DNA of 64,000 nucleotides from Chiloscyllium plagiosum (Eukaryota): positions 71,784,433 through 71,848,432 of the forward strand of contig NC_057718.1 in the NCBI RefSeq assembly GCF_004010195.1, given 5' to 3'. This document shows, in pieces, positions 40,602 to 52,495 of the stretch. The notes beneath the pieces were generated by a model. It was not told where the DNA came from. It did not search any database and saw nothing but the letters and a program-made list of their open reading frames with translations. The translations under genes were made by a program, and so were the position numbers. Position 1 is the first letter of the stretch. Each line of letters begins with the position of its first letter.

Positions 40602-42795
40602 AAAAGACATCTGTAATTAAGGGTCTAATGGTGACTGTGTAACCATTGTTGATCATTGGAAAAATCCATCTGGTTCACTAATGTCCTTCATGGAACTGCC
40701 CTCTGGATAATTAGGGCTGGGTAATAAATGCTGCTGTGGCCAATAATGCCCATAGAAAAAAGATGTGCACTGCCAAGGTTAAGAACCTAGTTCTAGAAAA
40801 TAGTATTAGAATAGATTGGTGAGTTTTTTTTTGACCAGTGTGGATGCAAATGGTTTAAGGACCATTTTCTGTCTGAGAGATCTCTGATTCTATGAACCCC
40901 CAACCACCTAGAAAGAATTTTTTGCATATACTGCCCATGCCAATGCCTTCTGTAGCTTACAGTTCAGCTGATTTGCCAGTATATTGTGTAACATTTCAAG
41001 AAATATTGCATGGTTTCTTTCACACAAGCCATTGCTTAATCTTAATCATTTTCACACATATTCTGAAAAATGAGATTTTACATTAAGAATTTTGTTGCTG
41101 ACTCAATGCCTGCACTGACTCAGCTTTCTGTGACTTTGTCCACTATGCTACATCCGATATTTTAATCACTGTGAAGATATTAAACCAGGCCACCATACCT
41201 ACAAAATTCTGATCATCATCTCATATTTTCTGATCCATGACTGTTATGTCATTAAATTCTCAGGCTAAAGAAACACTTACAACAGGGCTTGGTATGTTAC
41301 AACATGCAGTGCATGTATCATATTGTGATGTGATCTGTTGTTTTACCAGGGATTCATATCATTTATCACCAACTCCAATTGCTTTTTAGTAGTATCTTTC
41401 ATTTGTGAGGAGGATGAGTAAATCATTTATGTGATTTCCATTTGGTAATCTTATCAGCTAGACTCATGCCTGCAGACGCCAGTAACACTTCCTGGACTAT
41501 TGACAGGAAACTCCATATTTCTTCAAGACAATAATGTCCAGATCCCAAAAATTGCAAGCTTAGCACTTTACCAAACATAAATGCCTACCATTCTTCGATT
41601 CCAAGAGTGTTTTCACTTTTTCCTTTATAGGCTTATTCAGTATAATGGTATGTCAATATAGATGACATCAGTTCTTGCAAAATAAGACTGTACTGCAATT
41701 TCAAAGGGGAAAAGTTTTTGCTTTAAAGATGGCAACAAATTACCATGCCCAAATCGAGAACAATTTTCATATTTTCAGACCCTGTTTTGTTTGCTTTGCC
41801 CAGGGGATCCAAATAAAGTTTACCCAATTGATGTCACACCCAGTTGAGGTACAACCATCACTTAGTACATCAACTGATGATGTAAAAGCTAATATATTTA
41901 GTGACTGACTTAAGTCTTTGGCCACAAACACAATATTTTCAACGTCAAAACTATCTGTTTCACGAGTTACTCAAAGTACTTAACTTTATTCTTGGACATT
42001 TCCTAATAGTATTAGAGTCATCCTGGAAATCTTGTGGATTTCTGGGATTCAATTGTTGTCAGATATCATACCAATTTCCCTTGATTCAAAATCTATTAAA
42101 AGTCCTTCAGCAATACCGTTGATACCCAGGTGTTTGCAACCAGGGCCATTTGATTTTGAAATCTCTGTTGGAAACGATTTTCTCCCTACAAACCTTAATC
42201 TTTTGTGTAACAGCCATTTGTTCTAAAAGATGTTCATTACAATGAAATTGAACTGCTGTCAAAACCAAAGATCTGTGTCGAATGGTTCATGAACAAGCTA
42301 ATGGTATTAACTCCAGCACAGACTCCGGAATTTCTAGACTTTCTGGTCTTTAGCCTTTTATATAACCATGATATTTTCTTCAATGGACTAATTGTCCATC
42401 TTATTAACTTTATGTAAGATTGACCCATCAAGTCATCCTTTTTATAAACTCTCTACGTAAATTTTAATAGAATCTCCAAAGCCATTTCAATATCTAGTTC
42501 TGTTTCATCCAATTTCAAAAATACTTTATTTCTATTTTGTTCTGTCCTGTTAAGGATAAAGTCAAACCCATGCTTTGTTTCATTTTAGCTAGGGAAGTGG
42601 CCACATCTCCACTTCATTCTTCTACTGCTTGTATGTCCACAATTATGAAAACACTGTTCGATAATCTTAATTTGTGATCATGCAATGTGAGTTAGTCATT
42701 TCACTCTAGAAAAAAACACTGGTAGTTTTGCCTCTGCCACAAATAGGAAATACCTACTGCTTTCTCTGACTTCCCACCTGAAGAATGGAGGATTA

Positions 42796-42809
42796 ATCCT
42801 CTTCTACCA
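42796..42809 (-). promoter_or_regulatory. Primer-binding site for initiator tRNA-Met
   Basis: TGGTAGAAGAGGAT versus the tRNAi-Met 3' complement TGGTAGCAGAGGAT (13/14 match). Confidence 0.8.
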
Positions 42810-42967
42810 TGTTTAACACATCAATATCCTTAGGTTGAGTGAGACAGTAAGACTCTCAGAGATTTACAAGAGTTTTATTCTCAGTCTATAACTTAGTGGA
42901 AACTTTGGTTACCAACTTTCCCTACCCAGAAGTCAATAGCTCACTGGGAAGTACTGAGTTTATTTTT

Positions 42968-43212
42968 AAATCAACCTGATCAGAGGTGTTAGATGCTCTC
43001 AGTATCTGGAGCAGGTAGGATTTGAACCCAAGCCTTCTGCAACAGAAGTAGGCATACACACAAGGGCCCCTGAGAACTAAATTATTTTCAAAATATATTT
43101 CTTAATCAACCTGTTCAGAGATGCTATTATACATCTCTGGAGCAGGTGGGACTTAAACTTGAGTCTTTTGGCCCAGAGGTAGGGACAGTAGTGATGCCTC
43201 ACAAGAACCCTT
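42968..43212 (-). mobile_element. Two short tRNA-derived SINEs inside the copia LTR
   Basis: aatcaacctg.tcagag.tg...ctggagcaggt.gga.tt.aac repeated at ~42968-43070 and ~43104-43212. Confidence 0.75.
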
Positions 43213-43753
43213 AAAGAACTGAGGTGTTTAGTTAATATCCAGAAGTGTTTATACTGAACAAAACTGAATGTTTTTCTTCCCCATCACTAAATCACTGTTA
43301 TCTACCACCACTAAATCACCTGAACTTTTAATTAGTTAAATTACATGCAGTGCCCACCATGTCTCTTAAATACAAAGTCCATTGAGCATCACTTGCTTTC
43401 AACCAACGTTGGTGATGTTCTGTTTGAACCGTAAAGGGACATGCGTTTCAAACTCTGACAGTTTCCCTAGCTACTATTTCCTGTCCTGCACATGTCACAG
43501 AGCAAGTTGCATTGCAATTATCACCCACACTTGCACCAAAAGTGAAACAGTCACTGGCACTTCAACTCTGTCAGTATGTCTACAAGGCATCATTAGAGAC
43601 AACACTCTGAGAATAAGAGTTGCATAGCAACTAGGTCTAACATATTATATTTTAAGATATGTAATATCTTATTCATACCATTAATTGGGTGAATTCTACA
43701 GGGCCATTCACCAAACCTGTTACTAAGCAGCATAATAATTTTTGAATTCCTAC

Positions 43754-43847
43754 CTGCACCCAGATTACTTGGTAGAAATGAAGCCAGTCCCACAATCTTG
43801 AACTTTGTCCCCCAGATGTTGGATGTGACTTGAGCAAGATAGTTGTG
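43754..43847 (-). CDS. TULP4: Next internal coding exon of TULP4 (94 bp)
   Basis: Acceptor ctgttttttcag| and donor |gtagga. It is in frame with the previous exon across a 489-bp intron and encodes HNYLAQVTSNIWGTKFKIVGLASFLPSNLGA(+1 nt), the conserved TULP4 block. Confidence 0.95.
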
Positions 43848-43885
43848 CTGAAAAAACAGGTATATTTTCTGTCAAAATACGATGT

Positions 43886-44001
43886 TATACTGTTATTAAA
43901 TTTAATGCTTAACTGTAGAAAATTTGAACTCAACGTTAGGGTATATACTGTTATTAAATTTAATGCTTAACTGTAGAAAATTTGAACTCAACGTTAGGGT
44001 A
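43886..44001. repeat. Perfect 58-bp tandem duplication in the short TULP4 intron
   Basis: tatactgttattaaatttaatgcttaactgtagaaaatttgaactcaacgttagggta x2. Confidence 0.95.
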
Positions 44002-44336
44002 TACTTTTGAACAAAGTCAGGCTGACAATTGATCTTTGAGTGATTAACATTCATACTGGATTTAAAGAGGCTAATGTTCACTCTCTAACAAGAACAGCTA
44101 TGATCTGAACACATTCCAAATTTAAGACTAGACAGTTCTTCAATGCGCAGTTAACATTTGCAGTATGCATTTTTTTAAGACCTTTCTTTTTTTGTGTTCT
44201 TTTGCACGATATATGTACTTACTAAAAGTAAATTTTGAAAGTCAATTTGCACTTAATACGAATTAATGGCTTAATGGCTTTAACGAATTAAGAATAACTC
44301 CAGTAAAGAATCAAACAAAGCCATCCAGCTTCATAC

Positions 44337-44481
44337 CTGAGTGACATCTTCTAAAGGAAATTCCTTCCGAGTTAAGCTTGGGGATCCAATGGAAGGTTTC
44401 CTAATTGGTAATCGTGGAGACTTTGATATCTCCTGACTAGCTCGAGAAAGTTTGGGTGATTTTCTAGCATCGAGATTAATT
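44337..44481 (-). CDS. TULP4: Internal coding exon of tubby-like protein 4 (145 bp)
   Basis: On the minus strand the acceptor is tttttcaccag| and the donor is |gtatga. After 1 nt it translates without stops as INLDARKSPKLSRASQEISKSPRLPIRKPSIGSPSLTRKEFPLEDVTQ, matching my recollection of vertebrate TULP4 (...RKSPKLPRAAQELSRSPRLPLRKPSVGSPSLTRREFPFEDITQ). Confidence 0.93.
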
Positions 44482-46850
44482 CTGGTGAAAAATGTAAATG
44501 AATTAGCATTTCATTTGTACATACGTGACAGTTATAAAGTTATTATAATCCTCATCTGCTATGGCTAATTTTCACTTGCTGATATCCTTGCTGAAATGAA
44601 ATTTAGAATCACATGGGGGCATAGCCAAATATTGAGAACAACAATGGCTTTTCAAGTTATCAGGAGGTGTATGAAATGTTTCAAAAATGTTACATGCAGT
44701 TTCTAGTCATTCCTTTTATATAATCGATTTACTGAAAATTGGCACGAAATTTCACTTCCTACTGTGTTAAAACAATTCATCTAGGTATGCCCAAGGTTAT
44801 TCTCACCCTAACCATTATTGTTTATGCCACTTGATTTTTCTTCCAACACCCTTGACATCCACTATCACATAAGCAGATGCTTCCTACAGCTAAGCACTTG
44901 CAGGATCAAAGCTTTTGATTAGTACTGATATCTATGTTCCTCCAACAGTGAAACAGGAAAATAGATCAGATAAATGCACAACTGGAAAAATGATGCAGGA
45001 GGAAGGGACTTAGAATTACTGGTACTTATTTTAGGGCAGATGGAACAAATGTGCTACACCCTAGCAGGATCAAAAATCCTTGCAAGGACACTTGTTAGCA
45101 TTGTGAAGGAGGGTTAAAACTCAATTTACAGGGAGATGGGAACCTAAGCAGGGAACCACAACAAAGTGAAACATATTTAGAAATGAAAGAGACATTGATC
45201 TTAAATGGAATGCAGGAGGTCAATAGTATAAAAAGTGTAAAAATGTTCAAAAGATGTATCTAACAGGTACCATATCTGGAAGCATAGAACATTTGTAATA
45301 TGATACATAAGTAAACGATACGAATACTTGCAATAGGCTGGGAACTGACTATCCAAAGATTGTCAATATTTTGTAAATGCAGTCAAAAAGAAAAGGGAGG
45401 TGAGGTAGCTTTGTTGATGAGATCAGAGCAATAGTGAAAAAGGATATTAGTTCCAAAAATCTGAAATTGGTGTAGGCGGAGTTAAAAAAAAATCAAAGGA
45501 TGGAAAACACAAACCATGAACTAGTGTTGTTTATAGACCTCTAAACAGTGATGGTAAGGTAGGGGTATCATTAAGCAAGAACTGAGATGTTGGCAACAGC
45601 AATGCTACTCGTGATTTAATTTAGACAATGATTAAGTAGAAGTGTCTCATAACAATAGTATGAATTCCTGGAATGTGTATAAGTTCTCTTGAGACTAATA
45701 TGTTGAGATAGCAACTGTGGAGCTGACTATCCAAGATTTGGTACTGTGCAATGAGAAGGGAGTTAATTAACACAATGTACTTGGTCCTTCAGGGAAGAGT
45801 AGTCATAACATGATAGAATTCTTTGTTGGGATAGAAAGTAAAGTGATGCAATCTGAAACTAGGGTCTAATCAAAAATAAACTATTCGGATATTAGGCATG
45901 ATTTGGCTGTGATAAAATGGATAACTCATTAAAAGGCATAGCATATAACTTTTTTCTTTAAGGAGCAAATACTTACATTGCAACAATAAAGCATTTGACA
46001 AGGTCCCTCATGATAAGTTGGTCCAAAAAATTAAATCACATGATATTCATGGAAGTTAGCAAGAGGGAGACAAAATTGGCTCAGAAACTGAAGACAAAGG
46101 GGTGTTTTAAGACTGGAGGTGCTGTTCCACAAAGATCAGTGTTGGGACCTCTGTTGTTTAAATTATTTAGATGAAAATCTAGGTAGTCTGATTAGTCAGT
46201 ATGCAGATGAAATGAAAATTAGTGGAGTTGTGTATAGTGAGGAAGGTCATCAAAGGATACAGCAGAATCCGGACAAGTGAGAGGTGATGCATTTTAGAAG
46301 GTCAAATCCAAGAGGAAAGTATTCAGCAAATGCTCAGACCCGTAGCAGCATTGATATTCAAAGGGTCTTGAGATTCAAATCCACAGCACCATGAATGTAG
46401 CAATACTAGTGATAAATGGAGTAAAGAAAGTGTTCAACCTGATTGCCTTCAGCGATCAATGCACTGAATATAAAAGTTGGTCAGTCGGCTATAAAATTTT
46501 AGTTCAGCCACACTTGGAGTATTGTGTGCATTTCTAGTCACCGCACTAATGGAAGGATGTGGAGGGTTTGGAGAGGGTGCAAAAAAGGTTTACTAGAATG
46601 TTGTCTGGACTGGAGTGTATTATCTATAAGGAGAGGTTGGACAAACTTGGAGTGTTTTCAGTAGAGTGTCAGGGGCAGAGGGGCAACTCGACAAAAGTGT
46701 ATAAAATTACACAAGACATAGAACATAAAATGTTACAGCCCTATGAAATTAATCTGATGTCCATCCACATGTATGTCCAATGCCCATTTAAATGCCCCTA
46801 ACTTCAGCAAATCTACTACTGTTGCAGGCAGCTGTTCCACATTCCACATT

Positions 46851-47142
46851 GGGGCGGAACAATGGCTCAGTGGTTAGCACTGCTGCCTCACAGCACCAGG
46901 GTCCCAGGTTCAATTCAAGCCTTGTTTGCACATTCTCCCTGTGCTCATTTCCTCCGGGTGCTCTGGTTTCCTCCCACAGTCCAAACATGTGCAGGTCAGG
47001 TGAATTGGCCATGCTAAATTGCCCATAGTGTTAGGTGCATTAGTCAGAGGGAAATGGGTCTGGGTGGGTTACTCTTCGGAGGTGTGGACTTGTTGGGCCG
47101 AAGGACCTGTTTCCACACTGTAGGCAATCTAATCTAATCTAA
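46851..47142 (+). mobile_element. HE1-type SINE
   Basis: HE1 head and core with an (aatct)n tail. Confidence 0.9.
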
Positions 47143-48094
47143 TTCCCACTAATCTGTGAATAAAGAGACCACCCTGATATCTGTCCTAAATCTATCACCC
47201 TGCAATTTAAAGCTATGTCCCCTTGTGTTAGGGGACATCTGAGGAAAATGTTTCTCACTGTCCACCCTATCTAACCCTCTGATTATCATTTACTTCTTGA
47301 TTCGGTCATCTCTCAACCTTCTTCTCTCCAACGAAAATAGCCTCAGTTCCCTGAGCCTTTCCTCATAAGATCTTCCTTCCATACCAGGCAGCTTCTAGTA
47401 AATCTCCTCTGAACTATTTCCAAAGCTTCCACATCCTTCCTATAATGCAGTTACCAGAACTATACACAATACTCCAGGTGTAGCCTTACCAGCATGACCT
47501 CATGGCTCTGAAACACAATCCGCCTACCAATAAATGCCAACACATCATATGCTTTCTTAACAACCCTATCAAGCTGGGTGGCAACTTTCAGAGATTTATG
47601 CTCTTGGACACAGAGATCCCTCTGTTCATCCACACTGCCAAGAATTTTACATTAGCCCAGTACTTTGCATTTCTGTTACTTCGTCTAAAATGAACTACCT
47701 CACACCTTTCTGCATTAAACTCCATTTGCCACTTCTCAGCCCAGCTCTGCATTTTATCAATGTCCTTCTGTAATCCACAACATCCTTCGACACTATCCAC
47801 AACTCTGCACGCCTTAGTGTCATCCGCAAATGTACTAACCCATCCTTCTACACCCACATCCGGTTCATTTATAAAAATGACAAACAGTAGTGGCCCCAAA
47901 ACAGATTCTTGCGGCACACCACTAGTAACTAAGCTCCAGGATGAACATTTCCCATCAGCCACTACCCTCTGTCTTCTGTCAGCTAGCCAACTTCTGATCC
48001 AAACCACTAAATCACCTTCAATCCTGAAACTCTGAATTTTGTGTAATAGTGGAACCTTATCAAACACCTTTGAAGTCCATATACACCACACCAA

Positions 48095-48640
48095 CACAGA
48101 TCCCTTGGCATCGTGGTAGCCCACAAACCCACTAACACACTAAAACAGCAGCTAATGAACTTGAAAGACTATACAGACAAAACAAATGTCATTTACAAAA
48201 TACCGTGCAAGAGCTGTAACAAATACTACATTAGACAAACAGGCAGAAAACTAGCCACCAGGATACATGAACATCAAATAGCCACAAAACGACATGAGCC
48301 CCCCTCTCACTGGTATCCTTACACACAGATAAGGAAGAACACCACCTCGACGGGGACAACACATCCACCCTAGGACAAGCCAAACAGAGACACGCACGAG
48401 AATTCCTAGAAGCATGGCATTCCAACTGGAACTCTATCAACAAACACATTGACTTGGACTCCATTTACCACCCTCTGAGACAAAGAACTGGAAATGACCT
48501 CATCTACCCAGGGAAACCCAAACATAACACCAAACACCAGCAATGCTTCGTCCGGAAGCTCACTGAAGATGTCACCTAGTTACGGTGATGAAACATCTGA
48601 AAATGAACCTTCCAGCTCAGCGAGCAAACCTACATCCAGA
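48095..48640 (+). mobile_element. Penelope-like family 3 (Poseidon-type) 3' fragment
   Basis: GIY-YIG NVIYKIPCKSCNKYYIRQTGRKLATRIHEH; TSD accaca(c/t)caa; hammerhead-like CUGAAGA-UGUCACC..GGUGAU-GAAACAUC at 48563-48597. Confidence 0.88.
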
Positions 48641-50030
48641 ACCACATCAATCACTTTACATTCATCCACCTGTTTTGTCACCTTCTCGAAGAACTCAATA
48701 AGGTTAGTTAGGCACAATCTACTCTTTACAAAACTATGTTGACTATCCCTAATCAAATTATTGTTTTCCAGATGATTATAAATCCTATCTCTTATAACCT
48801 TTCCCAAGACTTTACCCACAATACAATAAGGCTCACTGACCTATAGTTACCAGGGCTGTCCCGACTCACCTTAAACAAGGGAACAACATTTGCTATCCTC
48901 CAGTCTTCTAGCACTATTCTTGTCAACAATGATGACATAAAGATTAAAGCCAAAGGCTCTACAATCTCGTCCCTGGCTTCCCTGAGAATCCGAGGATAAA
49001 TCCCATCTGGCCCGGGGAACTATTTTCAGATTTTCCAAAATTGCTAAAACCTCCCCTTTGTCAACCAAAATCCCATGTAATCTAGTAGCCTGTACTTCCA
49101 TGTTCTCACCAACATTGCCCTTTTCCAACGTGAATAATGATGAAAAGTATTTATTAAGCGCTTCCCCTATGTCCTCAGATTCCACACACAAATTCCCACT
49201 ACTGTCTTTGATTGGCCTAAATCTCACTCTAGTCATTCTTTTATTTCTGATATACCTATAGAAGGCCTTAGGGCTTTCCTTGATCCTATTCACCAGCAAT
49301 TTCTCATGTCTCCTCCTGGTGCTTCTTAGCCCTCTCTTTACATCTTTTCTGGCTAACTTTCAAGCCCCCTAACTGAGCCTTCATGCCTCATCCTCAGATA
49401 AGCCTTCTTCTTTCTCTTGACAAGAGCTTTAACTTCTTTAGTAAACCATGGCTCCCTCTCTCGACAATTACCTCCATACCTGTTAGGTATACAGCCCATA
49501 GTAGCTGTTCCTTGAATAAGCTCCACATTTCAACTGTGTTCATGGATAGGATGAAGAGTCAGAATCTTTCTACAAGATTGGAAATGGCAAATATCAGGAG
49601 GTTTGGGGTTAAGGTGAGAGGGAAAAAGTTTAAAGGTGATGTGTGAGGAATATTTTTTTAACATAGAGTGATTTAGGTGCCTGGAACACACTGCCAGGGA
49701 AGGTGGTACAATCAGAGATGATAGCAATATTTAGCCACGTGAACAGACAGGCAATAGAGGGATATGGACCATGTACAGACAGATGGGATTAGTTTAGAAT
49801 GGTATCATGGTAGACTAAAGGGTCTGTTCCTGTTCTGTACATTCCTTTCTGATGCAAAAATACATCAGGAAAAGTGACTCAACCATGGCCAACCAAAGAG
49901 ATTAAGGGCAATCACAGATCCAAACAGGAGTGATAAACATTTCTAGAAAAAGGAAGAAATTTGAGGATTGGGAGCAGTTTAGAATTTAGCAAAGGAGGAC
50001 CAAGATTTTGATGAAGAGTGGAAAATACAG

Positions 50031-52360
50031 TGGGCTGGAACTTACATTTATTGACTAAGTCCAATTGACTAAATGCATTGCATTTTTTGGAGAAATTCTC
50101 ACCGTGATATCCAGTTGGTTTTCTCACTGTTATCTTAAACTTGTGGCAACAAATGCTGACCTCACCCCTCTGGCATCCCTCATTGCCAATTTCTTCCCTA
50201 AGTTCCCTTGTACCAATCCAGGAAAAATTCACCTGGTGGAAAAACACTCTCAGACCAGCATCCGTTGCAATCATGCCATCGTTGAAAGCCAGCTGCTCAC
50301 CTCGAGGAGCACTGGCATTTGACAGCTGTCCCTCTCGTTTCTCAAGACAGTGAGGAGAGATGGCTGAAAAGCGTATGTTGACATTATTTTTCTCTGATAT
50401 GAACTCTGAAGCCCTGGTTGTCGGGGTGGGGGTGACAGTGTGTGGTGCATTGAGGAAGTGTCCAGCTCTGAAGGACTCTCAGAGGAGGCCACACCAAAGC
50501 TGCCAAGATTCCAGCTTAGTCAAAGATCACCAACTGTGTCGATGGTATCTCACGAGTGTGGAGAACCAGGATGCCATGCCAAAAGAGATTCAATAGCCTT
50601 CTCCACTCTACCAGACTAAGTGCCATTCTCTGTTCTCTGCTACCTCATGCTCACTTTATCTTTGACACTGAATCAACTTCCCACCAAGGCTCATGCTCTG
50701 ACAGCCCTTCTATGGCATGGAACATCATATTTATCTCATTACCAACCCTCACTCATCCTACCACACCACTAACTCTGCATCCCCTCTGTCTGCCTCCTCA
50801 GTCCCTTAGAACACATAACTCTCCCCCACAAACACCATAATTAATGGCCATGCCATCCATATTAATCAAACTTATTCATCTCTTCATGATATTATAGGAG
50901 AGGACGTCTCCTAACAGGGAAAAGGAGGCACCATATGGGTCGGTGCCTGTACCCGTATCTTTACTCCACACGAGGAGAGAATCTTTGCTTTTGCAGAAAC
51001 GCAGCAGACTCAATAAGCTGTTTGGCTTCCTTCTGCTTCTACATCTTTCAAGAGAAAATTGGGACTACTCTTGCAGGTATTTTGTTATATTATTTTAAAT
51101 TGAAAAGCCATTTTGTGGTTAGAAAAAATCTACATATACTTGTTGCTTCTGACCATAACCTAAATTCAAAATTTAGATCCTCACATCCATCTCCTGGCAA
51201 CTGAGTAAGTTCCACGTGTCATTCCAAAACAATGGAAATATTAACCAGGTAGACAGTGTTATGTATCAAATACCACTTCTAACCACTGATTGTAATGCCT
51301 TCTGTCTCTTATCTTGTAGGTGTAACCCAAGTACATCTGCACAGAACCAACCATCTCCACCAGGAGACACGTCTTTGAACTCAGAGGACAGAAGTGTTGA
51401 AGAAGCTTTAGCATCAGTAAGGCTGTTTGCACCATACCCCTCGATCAACTCTGAGCTGACACCTTGATGGGGGTTGATAGATGCAAAGAGTGTAGAATTT
51501 AAGGTTTGTGACCACTACACAGTGATTTTTCCAAAGGTGGACAAAGAAGAAGGACCCTAACTGCTGACACTTTTGTTTCTCTTTAATCATTCACGGGATG
51601 AGAGTATCGTTGACCAGTCATTTTTTATTACCCATCCTTAATTGCCCAAAGGGCAGTTAAAAGTCAGCCATATTGCTGCAGGTGTAGAGTCACATGTTGG
51701 CTAGACCAGATAAAGATCGCAGTTGCCTTCTGTGAAGGACATTAGTGAACCAGATGGAGTTTTCCAACAACTGACAAGGGATTTATAGTCATCATTAGAC
51801 TCGTGATTTCACACATAGAAGACCAAAAGAGATCAGGCATCTGCTCAACCACAACAGGAGGGGACACTCTGGGCTTAGTGCTGAGGGATTTCATTAACAT
51901 GTATATTGCAGATCAGGAGCGGCCAGCAGGTATATGGGAAACAGTGACATTCATTGCCAAAAAGGTTCACCAGTGCTGCCTCATTGGACAGCTTGGAGGG
52001 ATAGGTTCAACATTCCAGCACCACAACATTCCAGCACCACAACATTCCAGCACCACAACATTCATCCTTAGGACCAAAGGCATGATGAGTGGCAGAGCAG
52101 GGAATATTGACCCAATCCAGATACCTCGTCCTTGGATGACAACAAGATGGTAAGGGGAGGAACTCAGCCGGATGCGAAGCTACATACAGGCCCTTCATCA
52201 GGCTCCACTCAGAAAATTACAGAGGAGGCTGGGCCCTTCAACTCCATTCTGTTTGCCCTCTCCAATACTTGGAACACAGGAACAGGAGAAGGCCATTCAG
52301 CATGTTGCCCCACCATGCAATATCTTTAAGTCTGAACAAATACTGCAATGTCTTTTTCCA
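50031..52360 (+). mobile_element. Harbinger/PIF-like remnant with decayed Myb/SANT-like gene
   Basis: 50360-50605 reads, across a frameshift, FSDMNSEALV...RRPHQ...PA*SKI..V.GIS..WRT..CQKRFNSLL (Myb/SANT-like). Left end GGGCTGGAA. No transposase seen; the right end is uncertain. Confidence 0.6.
52008..52063. repeat. 16-bp tandem repeat, ~3.4 copies
   Basis: caacattccagcacca repeated. Confidence 0.9.
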
Positions 52361-52364
52361 TTTT

Positions 52365-52495
52365 GAAGTAACTGCACAGAGGCTGCTATCCTGTCACTAA
52401 GTCACCCTTTATTTACAAATGCACAGTACACTGGCTGTGGCCAGTCAGCTTGGAGTCAGTCCCTGGACTGAGGAGATTCTGAATCCCCTGCTTAT
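52365..52495. mobile_element. Gypsy LTR-like fragment
   Basis: Resembles the LTR at 16583-16740 (agagg..g.tatcc..tcac...cccttatt). A second related piece lies at ~63455-63806, split by an HE1 SINE. Confidence 0.5.

Larger units (their letters stand above)
26715..40890 (+). mobile_element. CR1 LINE split into 26715-27465 and ~39342-40890 by a ~12-kb nest
   Basis: The RT reads ...KFTDDTKIGG...LQKD at 27460 and resumes with MVRLA..QMEFNP at ~39345; 3' tail near 40890. Confidence 0.75.
40892..43260 (-). mobile_element. Decayed Ty1/copia (GalEa-like) LTR retrotransposon, 5' half
   Basis: 5' LTR ~42810-43260 ends in CA and is followed directly by the PBS. gag: KNEVEMW, VYKKDDL, LEIPESVL, LVLTAVQF. 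Protease: VLSDGCTSTGC, RFGHG, TDVIYIDIPL, SGHYC. Integrase: SNGLCERNHA...LAWAVYAKNS. The PR-IN order is copia-type. Many stops and frameshifts. Confidence 0.85.
46715..49540 (-). mobile_element. CR1 LINE ORF2 with HE1 and Penelope insertions
   Basis: RIKESPKAFYRYIRNKRM; SGVPQESVLGPLLFVIFINE; FADDTK. Confidence 0.92.
44850..50030 (+). mobile_element. Highly decayed CR1 (pieces ~44850-46714, ~49540-49850, plus a further fragment to ~50030)
   Basis: AFDKVPH; GLERVQKRFTRMLSGLE; the 3' end resumes after the nested minus-strand CR1. Confidence 0.75.

Noticed and set aside
41274..42546. Large TULP4 exon suggested by apparent ag/gt sites on the minus strand
   Set aside because: The frames contain many stops and the peptide remnants are copia gag-pol.
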